Positions 10,001-20,580 of a stretch of DNA of 64,000 nucleotides are shown piece after piece. The translations under genes and the position numbers were made by a program. Source of the DNA: Candidatus Latescibacterota bacterium (lineage in GTDB: Bacteria; Krumholzibacteriota; Krumholzibacteriia; WVZY01; JAKEHA01); assembly GCA_963707635.1 (NCBI GenBank), contig OY970173.1, positions 2,603,663-2,667,662 on the forward strand, in the 5' to 3' direction. A model generated the notes under the pieces. That model saw only the letters and a list, made by a program, of their open reading frames with translations, had not been told where the DNA came from and made no database searches. Within the stretch, counting starts at the first letter, position 1, and the number at the start of each line of letters is the position of its first letter.

Positions 10001-11776
10001 CGCGTGTACCGTTCGACGTCCGCGACCGGGCCGTTCACGCGCGCGACTCCCGACGTCGTGACGCACACCATGTTCACCGACGCCGGGCTGGCGCCGAACA
10101 CGCGCTACTACTTCGCCGTTACCGCCGTCGACGGGTCGTGGAACGAGAGCGCATTCTCCGCGGTCGGCTCCGCGTCGACCAACCCGCCCCAGCTCGCGGG
10201 CTGGCCGAATTCGCTCGCCGATCCCTCCTCGAATTCACCCGCGATCGGGGACATCGACGGCGACGGCGACCTCGAGGTCGTGATCGGAAACAACCTTCTC
10301 TACGCCTTCGGACACGACGGCGGCGAAGTCCGCGACGGGGACGGCCAGGCGTTGACCTGGGGCGTGTTCTCCGGCCTGGGCAGGGACTTCATCGGTCCGG
10401 CCGCGCTCGCGAAACTGGACGCGCGCACGGGGCTCGATATCGTGGCCGCGGCCGCCACCTCGCGGGAGGTCTACTGTTTCAACGGTGACGGCAGCGTGCT
10501 GCCCGGGTGGCCGCGGCCGACCATCGACGCGGTGCGCGCGGGCGTGGCAGTCGGCGACCTCGACGGCGACGACAGGCCGGAGATCGTCGCGATCGACCAG
10601 GACGCGAATCTGTACGCGTGGCATGCCGACGGATCCGAAGTCCGCGACGGCGACTCGAATCCCGCCACCGACGGCGTTTTCCGCCGTCTGCCGGATACGT
10701 CGCAGATGCAGTACCAGATGCCCGCGCTCGCCGACATCGACCAGGACGGGAAGGACGAAGTGATCATCCCGACCCAGGACAAGAAGCTATACGTGCTGAA
10801 CGAGTTCGCGGCGGACGAGCCGGGTTGGCCGCGCACGCTTCCCAACTACGCGGGCGGCGGAGTCGCGGTGGGCGACATCGACGCCAACGGCGATCTCGAG
10901 ATCGTGGTCACGGTACGGGGTTCCGGAGAGACATACGCGCTGCACCACGACAACACCCAGATGTGGATTCGCTGGCTGCAGCACAACAACTTCTTCAATC
11001 CGTCCCCCGCGCTCGCCGACATCACCGGTGACGGCAAGCTCGAGGTGCTGATCCCGGGCTCCAACGGAAGGCTGTACGCGATCACGCCCACCGGAGCGGA
11101 CGCGCCGGGATGGCCGGTGGTCTATTCGGCGACCACCTACACCGAGTCGTCGCCCATCGTCGCGGACGTGAACGGCGACGGGTCGCCCGACATCCTGCTG
11201 GGCGACGAGGGGGCCTTCATCAACGGCTGGAGATCCAGCGGCGCGCCGCTCGACGGCTTCCCGCTGGTGATGAAGGACTCGGTGCGCGGGACGCCGGCGA
11301 TCACCGACCTGGACGGGGACGGCAGCGTCGAGATCGTCGCGGTCGGGTACGACCGCTCGGTGTACGTGTGGGACATGCCGGGGGCATACAGCGAGGCGAC
11401 GGCGCCGTGGCCGATGTTCCACGCGAACCTCCATCGCAACGGGGTGTATGGCTTCGTCGTGCCGACGGGCGTCGGCGACTCGCCACGGGCGGCCGGGCTG
11501 ACGCTCGAACCGAACTACCCGAATCCCTTCAACCCCACGACGTCGATCGTGTTCGAGATTCCGGATGGTTCGGCGCAGAGAGTTTCGCTGGTCGTTTACG
11601 ACGTGACCGGTGCGCGCGTGCGCACGCTGCACGAGGGAGTGGTGCAACCGGGCCGCCACGTCGTCGCGTGGGACGGGCGCGGCGAATCGGGGGCCGCGGT
11701 GGGTTCCGGCGTCTACTTCTACCGGCTCGCCACCCCGCAGCAAGCGCTCACCCGCAAGATGGTGCTCTTGAAGTAA
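7061..11776 (+). CDS. giant secreted multidomain protein: peptidase C25 (gingipain-like) domain + FG-GAP/VCBS beta-propeller repeats + FN3-like region + C-terminal T9SS type-A/FlgD-Ig sorting domain
   Basis: Signal/TM N-terminus MRKTVLTLLLVSIIAVPLWI; C25-like block DCIIVAPAALAAPFDALADWKTAKGVPT...WVLLVGDTPEIPPRYLY...YFACLDGSFNADGD...LSVGRLPV; at least 7 repeats of x-GDIDGDGDLEVV / VGDLDGDDRPEIV / ADIDQDGKDEVI type (FG-GAP); C-terminus NYPNPFNPTTSIVFEIP...VYDVTGARVRTL...GVYFYRLA...TRKMVLLK. Confidence 0.8.
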   Translation: MRKTVLTLLLVSIIAVPLWISGHTASVRIEVDVPTSPGDFSVTAAGRYTSVSPVPSASGSFFTVNDVGRPSIPARIVYVALPDGRSFASVIASAEGTSTLARGVELAVAAPPAPAPDLPAPGVAVAQDALAPYLAGAEFPSELVRYLGSGTWHGYTVASFAVFPLQVVEGDLVLHADVRLSIDTEPAAGPGAERALRMSSARARDIETRLRGLIANDEALATYPPIPHDEHRGPFGASVAPSLEGSPVDCIIVAPAALAAPFDALADWKTAKGVPTVVRTVEWIEANYPRGIDRAETIRFFLQDAYTKWGVQWVLLVGDTPEIPPRYLYTAYYYGGTLVPADLYFACLDGSFNADGDTRFGEQPADQPDLYAELSVGRLPVSTLADAANVVSKIMSYETPLDTEYVDKTLFLAEVLFPAPWSPPAPIQLNGGDMAEFVRIRHVQSPSRRVTRLYETPALFAGSLPESRSIAIDSLNAGYDFVFHVGHGYRFNMHCADENIAIPDADALYHPNRFFNLYMSNCTAAAFNFDCLAERMLRNPNGGAVSVIGAVSSSFAEISTDYMEAYAGAVFDGADPVHIGDAFAASRASRTALAMLDDNSDLWTHYVYTLLGDPEMTLWTGPVRTPVVSHPASLVAGTTVVAVGVDVDGLPQANATVCLSKDGEDYQVGTTNAAGQASFVLSTRTTGQVRVVVTGRNLARHESAIAIESAASVLLSIDEVLINDNRFEFGTFVIGDGVVDAGEAVELTPTVRNTGGAASAPAVATLTTTAPFVTIANATVPVRVLAPGQSVLADDSWRVQFAADAPDGALASFSVTIAGNATWSDTFSETVHAPAFALTSLRTSDAAPVGNGDGVISSGEQFLLFVTLKNHGTGTAAGLVATLSALDAGATVFSGLAQVGDIAALAERESESAFRLLEADATVQNHLRLIVTDTYGHSLTHTIELRKPVAPAIQSFDASLGVDKMLIRWNASPSSDVVGYRVYRSTSATGPFTRATPDVVTHTMFTDAGLAPNTRYYFAVTAVDGSWNESAFSAVGSASTNPPQLAGWPNSLADPSSNSPAIGDIDGDGDLEVVIGNNLLYAFGHDGGEVRDGDGQALTWGVFSGLGRDFIGPAALAKLDARTGLDIVAAAATSREVYCFNGDGSVLPGWPRPTIDAVRAGVAVGDLDGDDRPEIVAIDQDANLYAWHADGSEVRDGDSNPATDGVFRRLPDTSQMQYQMPALADIDQDGKDEVIIPTQDKKLYVLNEFAADEPGWPRTLPNYAGGGVAVGDIDANGDLEIVVTVRGSGETYALHHDNTQMWIRWLQHNNFFNPSPALADITGDGKLEVLIPGSNGRLYAITPTGADAPGWPVVYSATTYTESSPIVADVNGDGSPDILLGDEGAFINGWRSSGAPLDGFPLVMKDSVRGTPAITDLDGDGSVEIVAVGYDRSVYVWDMPGAYSEATAPWPMFHANLHRNGVYGFVVPTGVGDSPRAAGLTLEPNYPNPFNPTTSIVFEIPDGSAQRVSLVVYDVTGARVRTLHEGVVQPGRHVVAWDGRGESGAAVGSGVYFYRLATPQQALTRKMVLLK

Positions 11777-11786
11777 CGCTTCCGCT

Positions 11787-13241
11787 CTAGACCGCGAGTT
11801 CCCGGACCGTCGCCTTGAGGTATTTCCAGAAGGTTTCCACCGACGCGATGTTGATGCGCTCGTTGGGCGAGTGCGGCGCCTCGATCCACGGGCCGATCGA
11901 GATCATGTCGATCCCGGGCAGCTTCTCGCCGATCACGCCACATTCCAGTCCCGCGTGCACCGCCTTGAGCTCCGGCGCGCGACCCAGCTCGCGCTCGTGC
12001 ACCCGGCGCGCGACATCCAGCACCTGCGAGTGCAGGTTCGGCTTCCACCCCGGGTAGGGGTCGTTGTCTTCGTACGACCCGCCCGCCGTCTCCGCGGCGA
12101 TGTGCACCCGGTCCCGCAGCGCCAGGAGGGCCGACTTGAGCGAGCTGCGAACCGAGACCAGCACGCGCACGGCGTCCAGCTCCGTGCTGACCGCGGCGAG
12201 GTTGCTCGACGTCTCCACCAGCCCGGGCACGTCGAGGCTCATCGCATCGACGCCGTGCGGAATCGTGAGCAGAGCGCCGATGATGCGCCGCTGCGACGCG
12301 GCGTCGGCCACGGAACCGATGGCGTCGCTGGCCGGCTGCAGCGCGACCTTGCACCCCGGATCCGCGCCCCCCAGCTCGGCGGCGATGGCGCGTCCCTCCG
12401 CCTCCACCGCGCGCGCAAACGCGTCCGCGCCGGCCGCGGGCACGGCGCACAGCGCGAAGGCTTCGCGCGGAATCGCGTTGTGCGCGTTGCCGCCTTCGAT
12501 GCGCGCGATGCGCGCGTCCACCGACGCCCCCGCGACCCGCAACACGCGCGCCAGCGCGCGTATCGCGTTGCCGCGCTGCAGGACGATGTCCATCCCCGAG
12601 TGCCCGCCCCGCAGCCCCGTCACCCGCACTTCCACGGCGCGCGCGCCCTTCGCCGCCGGCTCGCGCGAAAGCGGCAGCGTGAGGGTGGTGTTGCCGCCGC
12701 CGGAGCAGCCGATGTAGATGGCGCCGAGTTCCTCGGTGTCGAGATTGAGCAGCCGGCGCCCCTTGACCATCGACGCGTCCAGCTTGGCCGCCCCGGTGAG
12801 GCCGGTCTCCTCGTCGACGGTGACCAGGATCTCGAGCGGCCCGTGCACGACCTCGGGATCGTCGGCGAGGGCGAGCGCCGCGGCCAGGCCCACGCCGTTG
12901 TCGGCCCCCAGGGTGGTCCCGCGCGCCTTGAGCCAGTCGCCGTCGCGTTCGAGCTGGATCGGATCGCGTGAAAAATCGAACGTAACGTCCGCGTTCTTCT
13001 CGCACACCATGTCCATGTGCGCCTGCAGCACCAGCACACCGGCGCGCTCGTGCCCGCGCGTCGCCGGAACCTCGACGACGAGGTTGCCCGCCCGGTCCAC
13101 GCGCGTCTCGAACTTCCGTTCCCGCGCCCACGCCAGCAAGTGTTCGCGAATCCGCTCTTCGTGTTTCGACGGCCTCGGAATGGAGCGAATCCGGTCGAAA
13201 TGGCCCCACACATGGCGCGGCTCTAGTTTGTCGATATTCAT
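11787..13241 (-). CDS. pepD: aminoacyl-histidine (Xaa-His) dipeptidase, M20 family
   Basis: Full-length similarity pattern to PepD: ...LQAHMDMVCEKN...GADNGVGLAAALALA...LEILVTVDEETGLTGA...GGHSG...; AAGGA RBS before ATG. Confidence 0.8.
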   Translation of the reverse strand: MNIDKLEPRHVWGHFDRIRSIPRPSKHEERIREHLLAWARERKFETRVDRAGNLVVEVPATRGHERAGVLVLQAHMDMVCEKNADVTFDFSRDPIQLERDGDWLKARGTTLGADNGVGLAAALALADDPEVVHGPLEILVTVDEETGLTGAAKLDASMVKGRRLLNLDTEELGAIYIGCSGGGNTTLTLPLSREPAAKGARAVEVRVTGLRGGHSGMDIVLQRGNAIRALARVLRVAGASVDARIARIEGGNAHNAIPREAFALCAVPAAGADAFARAVEAEGRAIAAELGGADPGCKVALQPASDAIGSVADAASQRRIIGALLTIPHGVDAMSLDVPGLVETSSNLAAVSTELDAVRVLVSVRSSLKSALLALRDRVHIAAETAGGSYEDNDPYPGWKPNLHSQVLDVARRVHERELGRAPELKAVHAGLECGVIGEKLPGIDMISIGPWIEAPHSPNERINIASVETFWKYLKATVRELAV

Positions 13242-13302
13242 GGGAGATTCCTTCGGGTGACGACGCGCCCGGTCACGTGGACCGGGCGCGTCGCGTGCCG
13301 TA

Positions 13303-13914
13303 TCAGAACGGGTCGGGAACTTCGACTGTCTGCGGGATGATTATCTGGATGGCGAGCCACGCGCGCCAGTCGAACACCATCGGATCCCCCGGTGTCGGCG
13401 TGTTCGGCAGGATCGTCCCGTGCTGGACCTCGAAGGTCAGTACCGGGTTCTGGTTGTTGTTGATGAAGTCATTCAATGCGTCGTTGATCAGGTCCACGCC
13501 CAGCGGCTCGAGCGGGGCCGCTATCTTCTTGCCGAGAGCGGCCTGCACCGACTGACTCGTGTAATCCACGATCACCACCGCGGGGCCGCCGTCGCGCGCG
13601 ACCCGGATCTGACCGGTGAGGACCCAGTCGTGGGTCTGCGAGGAAGGAATCGATGTGACCCCGTAACTCACCGACGTCACGAACGCCGAGTCGAGGTCAC
13701 TGGTGGTGTAACCATTGTCCTCCAGGATGTCGCGGACCTCCTCGGCAACGTCGACCACCGCCGTTTCGGGGTTGTCGGCGCTGGTCTCGTTCTCATTGAA
13801 GTCGGCGTAGGTCTCGCCGGTCAGCACCAGCTGGAGCACCTTCTCGTCGAGGCAACTACCCAGAAGCGCGACGAGACCAAGCGTCAGGACCAAAATAAGC
13901 AACGTACGTGTCAT
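13303..13914 (-). CDS. lipoprotein, hypothetical
   Basis: ATG at comp. 13912-13914 with AGGAG 10 nt upstream; MTRTLLILVLTLGLVALLGSC lipobox-like signal; upstream part of track ORF is Arg-rich noise. Confidence 0.6.
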   Translation of the reverse strand: MTRTLLILVLTLGLVALLGSCLDEKVLQLVLTGETYADFNENETSADNPETAVVDVAEEVRDILEDNGYTTSDLDSAFVTSVSYGVTSIPSSQTHDWVLTGQIRVARDGGPAVVIVDYTSQSVQAALGKKIAAPLEPLGVDLINDALNDFINNNQNPVLTFEVQHGTILPNTPTPGDPMVFDWRAWLAIQIIIPQTVEVPDPF

Positions 13915-13931
13915 GTCTCTCACGCTCCTTT

Positions 13932-14864
13932 CTATGGCCGGCCGACGTTGCCGAGGGCGAGGCCGAATGAAAAACTGTTGACGCTGGCGAAACTGTAGTC
14001 CGCCCACACCTGCCCCGCCACGAAGTTGAGGCCCGCTCCCAGCGTGAAGCGGATGTCATTGGAGCCCTCGAGCGAGATGTTCTCGGGAACACCGTTGGGG
14101 CCGTCGTAGGAAACGTCCGCGTCGAGCTTCTCCCACCCGAACATGGTATAGGGCTCGAGGGTCATGAACCCGATCGGCATCCTCTTGCTCGCCTGGAGCT
14201 GAATGGCGAGCGCGTCGGTCGACACGAAATTGTCGCCCACGTCGAAGGTCTGCCACAGCACGCCCACCGCGAGGTCGACCGGCGGCGTCTCGCCCATGTA
14301 CTGCGAGAGGCTGTGGCGCCCGCCGATGCCGAAGAGGTCGATCTTGCCGACGTCGGCATCCCCGGACTCGAACGCGATCCAGCGTATGACCGCTTCCGTG
14401 CCCATGAGCGCCGAGATGCGAAACTGCGGCACCACCAGCCCGAAGGAGTTGAGGTCGAGGCCGCCCGGAAATGCGAAAGTCGCGCCGCCGGTCCCGCTGA
14501 CGATGACCGCTTCGCCGGGACCAACCACCGTCGGCACCGCGGTGGTGGTCGTCGGCTGGAAGCCCGACTCGGTCGTGGCCTCGAAAGACCGGTCGGCGTC
14601 TTCGAAGAACACGCCCATCACCGGAGCTTCGAGTGAAATATGGAAGCTGGACTTCGGAATGTAGGCGGTATAGCCGAATGAACTGTTGAGCGCGGCCGCG
14701 AACGCGTTGGCGAGCGGCTGCAAGTAGCCTACCGCGTTATCGCCCGTGTATACAGAGATCTGGTTCTGGACCGCGCCGTCCTCGGCGACGGCCGCCGTTG
14801 CAAGCAGGACCGACAGCGCGGCTGCGGAAGTCAAAGCCCCACCGGCTCGGATACGTGGGCGCAT
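13932..14864 (-). CDS. secreted/outer-membrane beta-rich hypothetical protein
   Basis: Signal peptide MRPRIRAGGALTSAAALSVLLATAAVA; Gly/aromatic-rich alternating pattern; forms a pair with the downstream lipoprotein gene. Confidence 0.55.
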   Translation of the reverse strand: MRPRIRAGGALTSAAALSVLLATAAVAEDGAVQNQISVYTGDNAVGYLQPLANAFAAALNSSFGYTAYIPKSSFHISLEAPVMGVFFEDADRSFEATTESGFQPTTTTAVPTVVGPGEAVIVSGTGGATFAFPGGLDLNSFGLVVPQFRISALMGTEAVIRWIAFESGDADVGKIDLFGIGGRHSLSQYMGETPPVDLAVGVLWQTFDVGDNFVSTDALAIQLQASKRMPIGFMTLEPYTMFGWEKLDADVSYDGPNGVPENISLEGSNDIRFTLGAGLNFVAGQVWADYSFASVNSFSFGLALGNVGRP

Positions 14865-14978
14865 TCGACTCCTCCTTTCGTTGGTTGGGGACGGGATACG
14901 AAAGAACGGCGGAAGCCTAGCACCTTCGCCCGGTCGATTTCAACGCCTTCGCCGGGCCCGCCGCGACCGTGCCCGAGG

Positions 14979-16313
14979 CTACCCGCGCACGCGGCTGCGC
15001 ATCACCATCGGCTGTCCGGTCGCCGCGACCACGCTCCGCCACAGGTAGCTCTCGGGATGGATGTGCTTGCGGCCGCGCACCGTCAGCGGGATCGGCACGT
15101 GGGTGTAGATGCCGTGCCAGAGCCCGATCACGACGTCGGTCTTTCCCGACATGCCCGCGTGGACCGCGTTGCGCGCGAGGTTGTCGCAGAAGATCGCGTC
15201 GCTGGCATTGGCCTTCACGCTTCTGATCATGTAGCTGGGATCGATGTACTTCATCGCGAACATGCGGCTATCCGCGCGCAGAAACTTCGCGATCTCCTCG
15301 CGCAGGAAGATCCCGATGTCGTGCGGCACCACGTTGCCGGAAGCGTCCTGTTCGCGCGGATAATTCCGGAAGAACTGCTGCCCCGCCCCTTCGGCGACGA
15401 CGATGACCGCGTGCCCGTGGCGCTGCAGCCGCTGGTCGAGGCAGTCGAAGAAGCCCCCTTCGCCGTGGAGGTCGAAGGGCACTTCGGGCACGAGACAGAA
15501 ATTGACCTGCATGCTGGCCAGGCTGCCGTACGCCGCGATGAACCCGGAGTCGCGCCCCATCACGCGCACCAGCCCCACCCCGTTGATGGTGCCGATCGCT
15601 TCGACGTGCGCGCCGTCGATCGCCTGCCGCACCACCTCGACCGCGGTGTCGAATCCGAAGGTCTTGTAGACGAAGGGAATGTCGTTGTCGATGGTCTTCG
15701 GGATGCCGACGATCGCGATCGGCGCCCCACGGCGCTCGACTTCCTGAAAGATGGCGTGCGCGCCGCGCAATGTCCCGTCGCCGCCGATGCAGAACAGGAT
15801 GTTGACCCCCATCGCGACCAGCTGATCCACGATCACGCTGGCCTCCTCGGCGCCGCGCGAGGTTCCCAGCACGGAACCGCCCTCGTTGTGAATCGTCCGC
15901 ACCAGTTCGTAGGTCAGCGGCACGGGCGCGTATCCGCGCGCGGGGTTGATGCCGCGAAAGCCGTAGCGAAAACCGACGATGTCCTCCACACCGTACTGGA
16001 AGCGCAGCTCGAGCACGAGCGAACGGATGACGTTGTTGACGCCGGGAGACAGGCCGCCGCAGGTGACGACCGCCACCCGGGTGGTGGCGGGGTTGAAGTG
16101 AATCACCTCGCGCGGACCCGCGCGCTCCATGAACAGGTCCAAGTCGAAGTCTTCTTCGCGCTCGCCGGACGCCTTGTACAGCACGCGCGTGCCTTCGGGC
16201 ACGTAGTGCGCGAGCCCGTCCCCCACGTGGGTGGAGAGCTTCAGCGGCGAAGGGACCCGGCTGGGCCCCAGCGTCTTGACGGCGAACTGCTCGGGTGTCA
16301 GACGATTCGACAT
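14979..16313 (-). CDS. pfk: 6-phosphofructokinase (long PFK/PFP family, ATP- or PPi-dependent)
   Basis: VAVVTCGGLSPGVNNVIRSLV, ILFCIGGDGTLRGA, GIPKTIDNDI, MGRDSGFIA motifs of the PFK family. Confidence 0.8.
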   Translation of the reverse strand: MSNRLTPEQFAVKTLGPSRVPSPLKLSTHVGDGLAHYVPEGTRVLYKASGEREEDFDLDLFMERAGPREVIHFNPATTRVAVVTCGGLSPGVNNVIRSLVLELRFQYGVEDIVGFRYGFRGINPARGYAPVPLTYELVRTIHNEGGSVLGTSRGAEEASVIVDQLVAMGVNILFCIGGDGTLRGAHAIFQEVERRGAPIAIVGIPKTIDNDIPFVYKTFGFDTAVEVVRQAIDGAHVEAIGTINGVGLVRVMGRDSGFIAAYGSLASMQVNFCLVPEVPFDLHGEGGFFDCLDQRLQRHGHAVIVVAEGAGQQFFRNYPREQDASGNVVPHDIGIFLREEIAKFLRADSRMFAMKYIDPSYMIRSVKANASDAIFCDNLARNAVHAGMSGKTDVVIGLWHGIYTHVPIPLTVRGRKHIHPESYLWRSVVAATGQPMVMRSRVRG

Positions 16314-16336
16314 ACGCGCTCGCTACGACCTCGCGC

Positions 16337-17698
<1,362 letters not shown>

Positions 17699-17899
17699 CG
17701 GGGCTCCTTTCGGCCGCGCCCGACTCGGTGACGTTCGGGACGAAGGAATCCGCTGCTCCGCGTGCGCGACATTGCGGGCGCGAGCTCTGATCGAGGCGGG
17801 CGGGCGAGGCCTTATCATCCGCGCCCGCGCGCGGGGTGTCAACGGACTTTCGACGCTTCTTGCGCGGCGGGGCGAAGTGGCGTCAGCGGTCGCCGGAAT

Positions 17900-18328
17900 T
17901 CACGGTTTCCCGGCGCGCACGAGCAGGATGGGAACGGTGGCCTTGTGCCTGACCTCGTTGATCGTGCTGCCGTAGATCAGGTCGCCGAGCAGCCGGTGTC
18001 CGTGCGTGGTCATGGCGATCAGGTCGCACTCCTCCCGCTCGGCGGTCTGGAGGATGCCGGTGGGAGGATCGCCCAGCGCCAGGTGCGCGGACACCTGCAG
18101 CCCCTCGGCGCGCAGCCGCTCGGCCGTGCTCTCGAGATACGCCCGGTCCGCCTTCATCTCGTCCGATTCGGTCAGCGCCAGCCGGTCGAAATTGCGCGCC
18201 ACCCAGCCGTCGGCCACGTGCACGAGCAGCAGGGTGGAGTGGAAGCGTTTGGCCAGTTCCGCCACGTGCGGCAGAAGGCTCTGGTCCGCGCGGCTGTTTT
18301 CGAGGGCGACGAGAATCTTGCGATACAT
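17900..18328 (-). CDS. universal stress protein (UspA family)
   Basis: MYRKILVALENSRADQSLLPHVAELAKRFHSTLLLVHV...ATVPILLVRAGKP typical Usp fold sequence. Confidence 0.75.
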   Translation of the reverse strand: MYRKILVALENSRADQSLLPHVAELAKRFHSTLLLVHVADGWVARNFDRLALTESDEMKADRAYLESTAERLRAEGLQVSAHLALGDPPTGILQTAEREECDLIAMTTHGHRLLGDLIYGSTINEVRHKATVPILLVRAGKP

Positions 18329-18334
18329 ACGAAC

Positions 18335-19705
18335 CTACTGAAAGAGGCGCGTGATCCACGCGGTAACGCCCGCGAAATCCAGCAGAAATTTCAGATTGAG
18401 CGACACGATCAGCCCGGACGTGATCCAGGCGAGAATCTTAATCCAGAGCGGGTTGACGAACTCACCCATTTTTTCGCGGTCGCTGGTGAACATCACCAGG
18501 GGGATGACCGCGAACGAGAGCTGCATGCTGAGAATCACCTGGCTGAACACCAGCAACTTGGCGGTTCCGCTCTCGCCGTAGAGCGCCGTGCAGATGACCG
18601 CCGGGACGATGGCGATCAGGCGCGTGATGAGCCGGCGCAGCCACGGCCGCAGCCGGATGTTCAGGAAGCCTTCCATGACGATCTGGCCCGCGAGCGTGCC
18701 GGTGAGCGTCGAATTCTGGCCCGACGCCAGCAAGGCAATGGCGAAGATCGCGCTGGCCGCCGACACGCCGAGCAGCGGGCTCAACAACTGATACGCGTCC
18801 TGGATTTCCGCGACCCCGTGCTCGCCGCGGGTGTGAAACGTCGCGGCGGACACGATCAGGATCGACGCGTTGATGAACAACGCGAACATCAGCGCCACGG
18901 TCGAGTCGATGGTGGCGAACTTGATCGCCTCCGCCTTGCCCGCGTGGTCCTGTTCGTACTTGCGCGTCTGTACGATGGACGAGTGCAGGTAGAGATTGTG
19001 CGGCATCACAGTCGCGCCGATGATGCCGATGGCCACGTAGAGCATCCCCGTGTTCTGGATGATTTCCAGCCGCGGGACGAAACCGCCCAGTACGCTGGCC
19101 ACGTCGGGCCGGGAAAAGATGACTTCCAGCAGGAAGCACCCGCCGATGGTCAGAATCAGCGTGATCACCAGCGCTTCGACGTAGCGAAATCCCTTGTTCT
19201 GGAGATACATCACCGCCAGAACGTCGAGTGCGGTGATACACACGCCCCAGACCAGGGGAAGCTTGAAGAGCAGATTGAGGGCGATGGCCGAGCCGATGAC
19301 CTCCGCGAGGTCGCACGCGCAGATGGCCACTTCGCACAGGAGCCAGAGCCCGACGGCCACCGGCGGCGAGTAGTGGTCGCGGCACGCCTGCGCCAGATCC
19401 CGTCCCGTCACGATCCCGAGCTTCGCGCACAGGGACTGGAGCAGAATCGCCATCAGGTTGGAGAGGAGAATGACGAACAGGAGCGTGTAGCCGAATGCGG
19501 AGCCGCCGGCGAGGTCGGTGGCCCAGTTGCCGGGATCCATGTAACCGACCGCCACCAGATACCCGGGGCCGGAAAACGCGAGCATCTTCTTCCAGAAGCT
19601 CAACCCTTTCGGCACCGGGATCGTCCGATAGACCTCGGAGAGGCTGGGCGTCACGCCGGAAAGACGCCACGCCTTGCCCATTTTCTCTGGCGGGTTCGTA
19701 TTCAT
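18335..19705 (-). CDS. mntH: Nramp-family divalent metal (Mn2+/Fe2+) transporter
   Basis: [24 protein letters not shown] and [10 protein letters not shown] motifs; 11-12 TM helices. Confidence 0.85.
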   Translation of the reverse strand: MNTNPPEKMGKAWRLSGVTPSLSEVYRTIPVPKGLSFWKKMLAFSGPGYLVAVGYMDPGNWATDLAGGSAFGYTLLFVILLSNLMAILLQSLCAKLGIVTGRDLAQACRDHYSPPVAVGLWLLCEVAICACDLAEVIGSAIALNLLFKLPLVWGVCITALDVLAVMYLQNKGFRYVEALVITLILTIGGCFLLEVIFSRPDVASVLGGFVPRLEIIQNTGMLYVAIGIIGATVMPHNLYLHSSIVQTRKYEQDHAGKAEAIKFATIDSTVALMFALFINASILIVSAATFHTRGEHGVAEIQDAYQLLSPLLGVSAASAIFAIALLASGQNSTLTGTLAGQIVMEGFLNIRLRPWLRRLITRLIAIVPAVICTALYGESGTAKLLVFSQVILSMQLSFAVIPLVMFTSDREKMGEFVNPLWIKILAWITSGLIVSLNLKFLLDFAGVTAWITRLFQ

Positions 19706-20391
19706 CAGCGCGTCACCTGGACGCTGGCCGCGGCGTCGCGCCCCAGCGCGAGTTCGCGGCCGTCCACCCGTGCGGTAATGGAACCTCCGAACGGCTCGAC
19801 GACGACGACTTCCAGACGGGTGCCGGGATAGAGGCCGCGTTCTCCCAGGTAGCGCAACAGGGCGGGATCGCGGTCGTCCACTTCGACCACCTCGACCCGT
19901 TCGCCCGCCGAGACGTCCGTGAGCGGACGGCCGGACACCCGCTTTACGGTGCCGTCGCGGCTCGGGATGGGGGCGCCGTGGGGATCCACGGTTGGAAACC
20001 CAAGCGCACCGTCGATCCGGTCTTCGAGATCTTCCGAGATGACGTGCTCCAGCTTCTCCGCCTCCTCATGCACCCGGTCCCACGGCACGCCTAGCGCCTC
20101 GGCGAGGTATTTCTCGATCAGCCGGTGGTGCCGAACGATCTCCACCGCGGCCATCTCCCCCACCGCGGTCAGGCGGACCCCCTGATAGGGCGCGTGGGTC
20201 ACCAGCCGTAACTCCGCCAGCTTCTTCACCATCGCCGTTACGGACGGCGGCGCAATCCCCATGCGCTCGGCGATCGAGGAGGTAGATGCGCGCTCCTCCC
20301 ACTCGAGGATCTCGAAGATCGCCTTCAGGTAGTTCTCCATCGACTGGGTCAAGGCGAGGGAGCGAGCATAGTCGGGATCGAATTTAGCCAT
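19705..20391 (-). CDS. mntR: DtxR/MntR-family metal-dependent transcriptional regulator with C-terminal FeoA/SH3-like domain
   Basis: ATG at comp. 20389-20391; [28 protein letters not shown]...[22 protein letters not shown]; stop overlaps mntH start (ATGA). Confidence 0.75.
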   Translation of the reverse strand: MAKFDPDYARSLALTQSMENYLKAIFEILEWEERASTSSIAERMGIAPPSVTAMVKKLAELRLVTHAPYQGVRLTAVGEMAAVEIVRHHRLIEKYLAEALGVPWDRVHEEAEKLEHVISEDLEDRIDGALGFPTVDPHGAPIPSRDGTVKRVSGRPLTDVSAGERVEVVEVDDRDPALLRYLGERGLYPGTRLEVVVVEPFGGSITARVDGRELALGRDAAASVQVTR

Positions 20392-20398
20392 GGCTAAA
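20383..20398. promoter_or_regulatory. perfect 16-bp palindrome TTTAGCCATGGCTAAA spanning the mntR start codon; candidate DtxR/MntR operator
   Basis: Self-complementary; TTAGCC/GGCTAA arms resemble DtxR iron-box half-sites (TTAGGTTAGCCTAACCTAA); TTGACC-N17-TAGCTT promoter-like elements sit immediately upstream on the minus strand, implying a near-leaderless, autoregulated mntR-mntH transcript. Confidence 0.45.
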
Positions 20399-20580
20399 AC
20401 GCAAGCTAGTGCAAGTCTCATTCCCGGTCAAGGGGGGATTCGAGGCAGCGAATTTTTTCTTGGAACCAATCCGCCGGGGGTATCGTCTTACCTGCAACAC
20501 ACGGATCGAATCCCCACCCGTGCCTGGGTTTCCGGATTGCCCGCCGGGGCGAGTCGCGAGTCTCTGCGCAGGAGGAAGAC

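Noticed and set aside
8204-10488. Long ORFs (620 and 621 aa) overlapping the giant peptidase gene in other frames
   Set aside because: Their composition is Arg/Gly/Pro-rich and they lie entirely inside a well-supported 1571-aa CDS, so they are shadow ORFs.
17762-19831. 689-aa + ORF antisense to mntH/usp
   Set aside because: This is shadow-ORF noise; the Nramp gene on the opposite strand has clear motifs.
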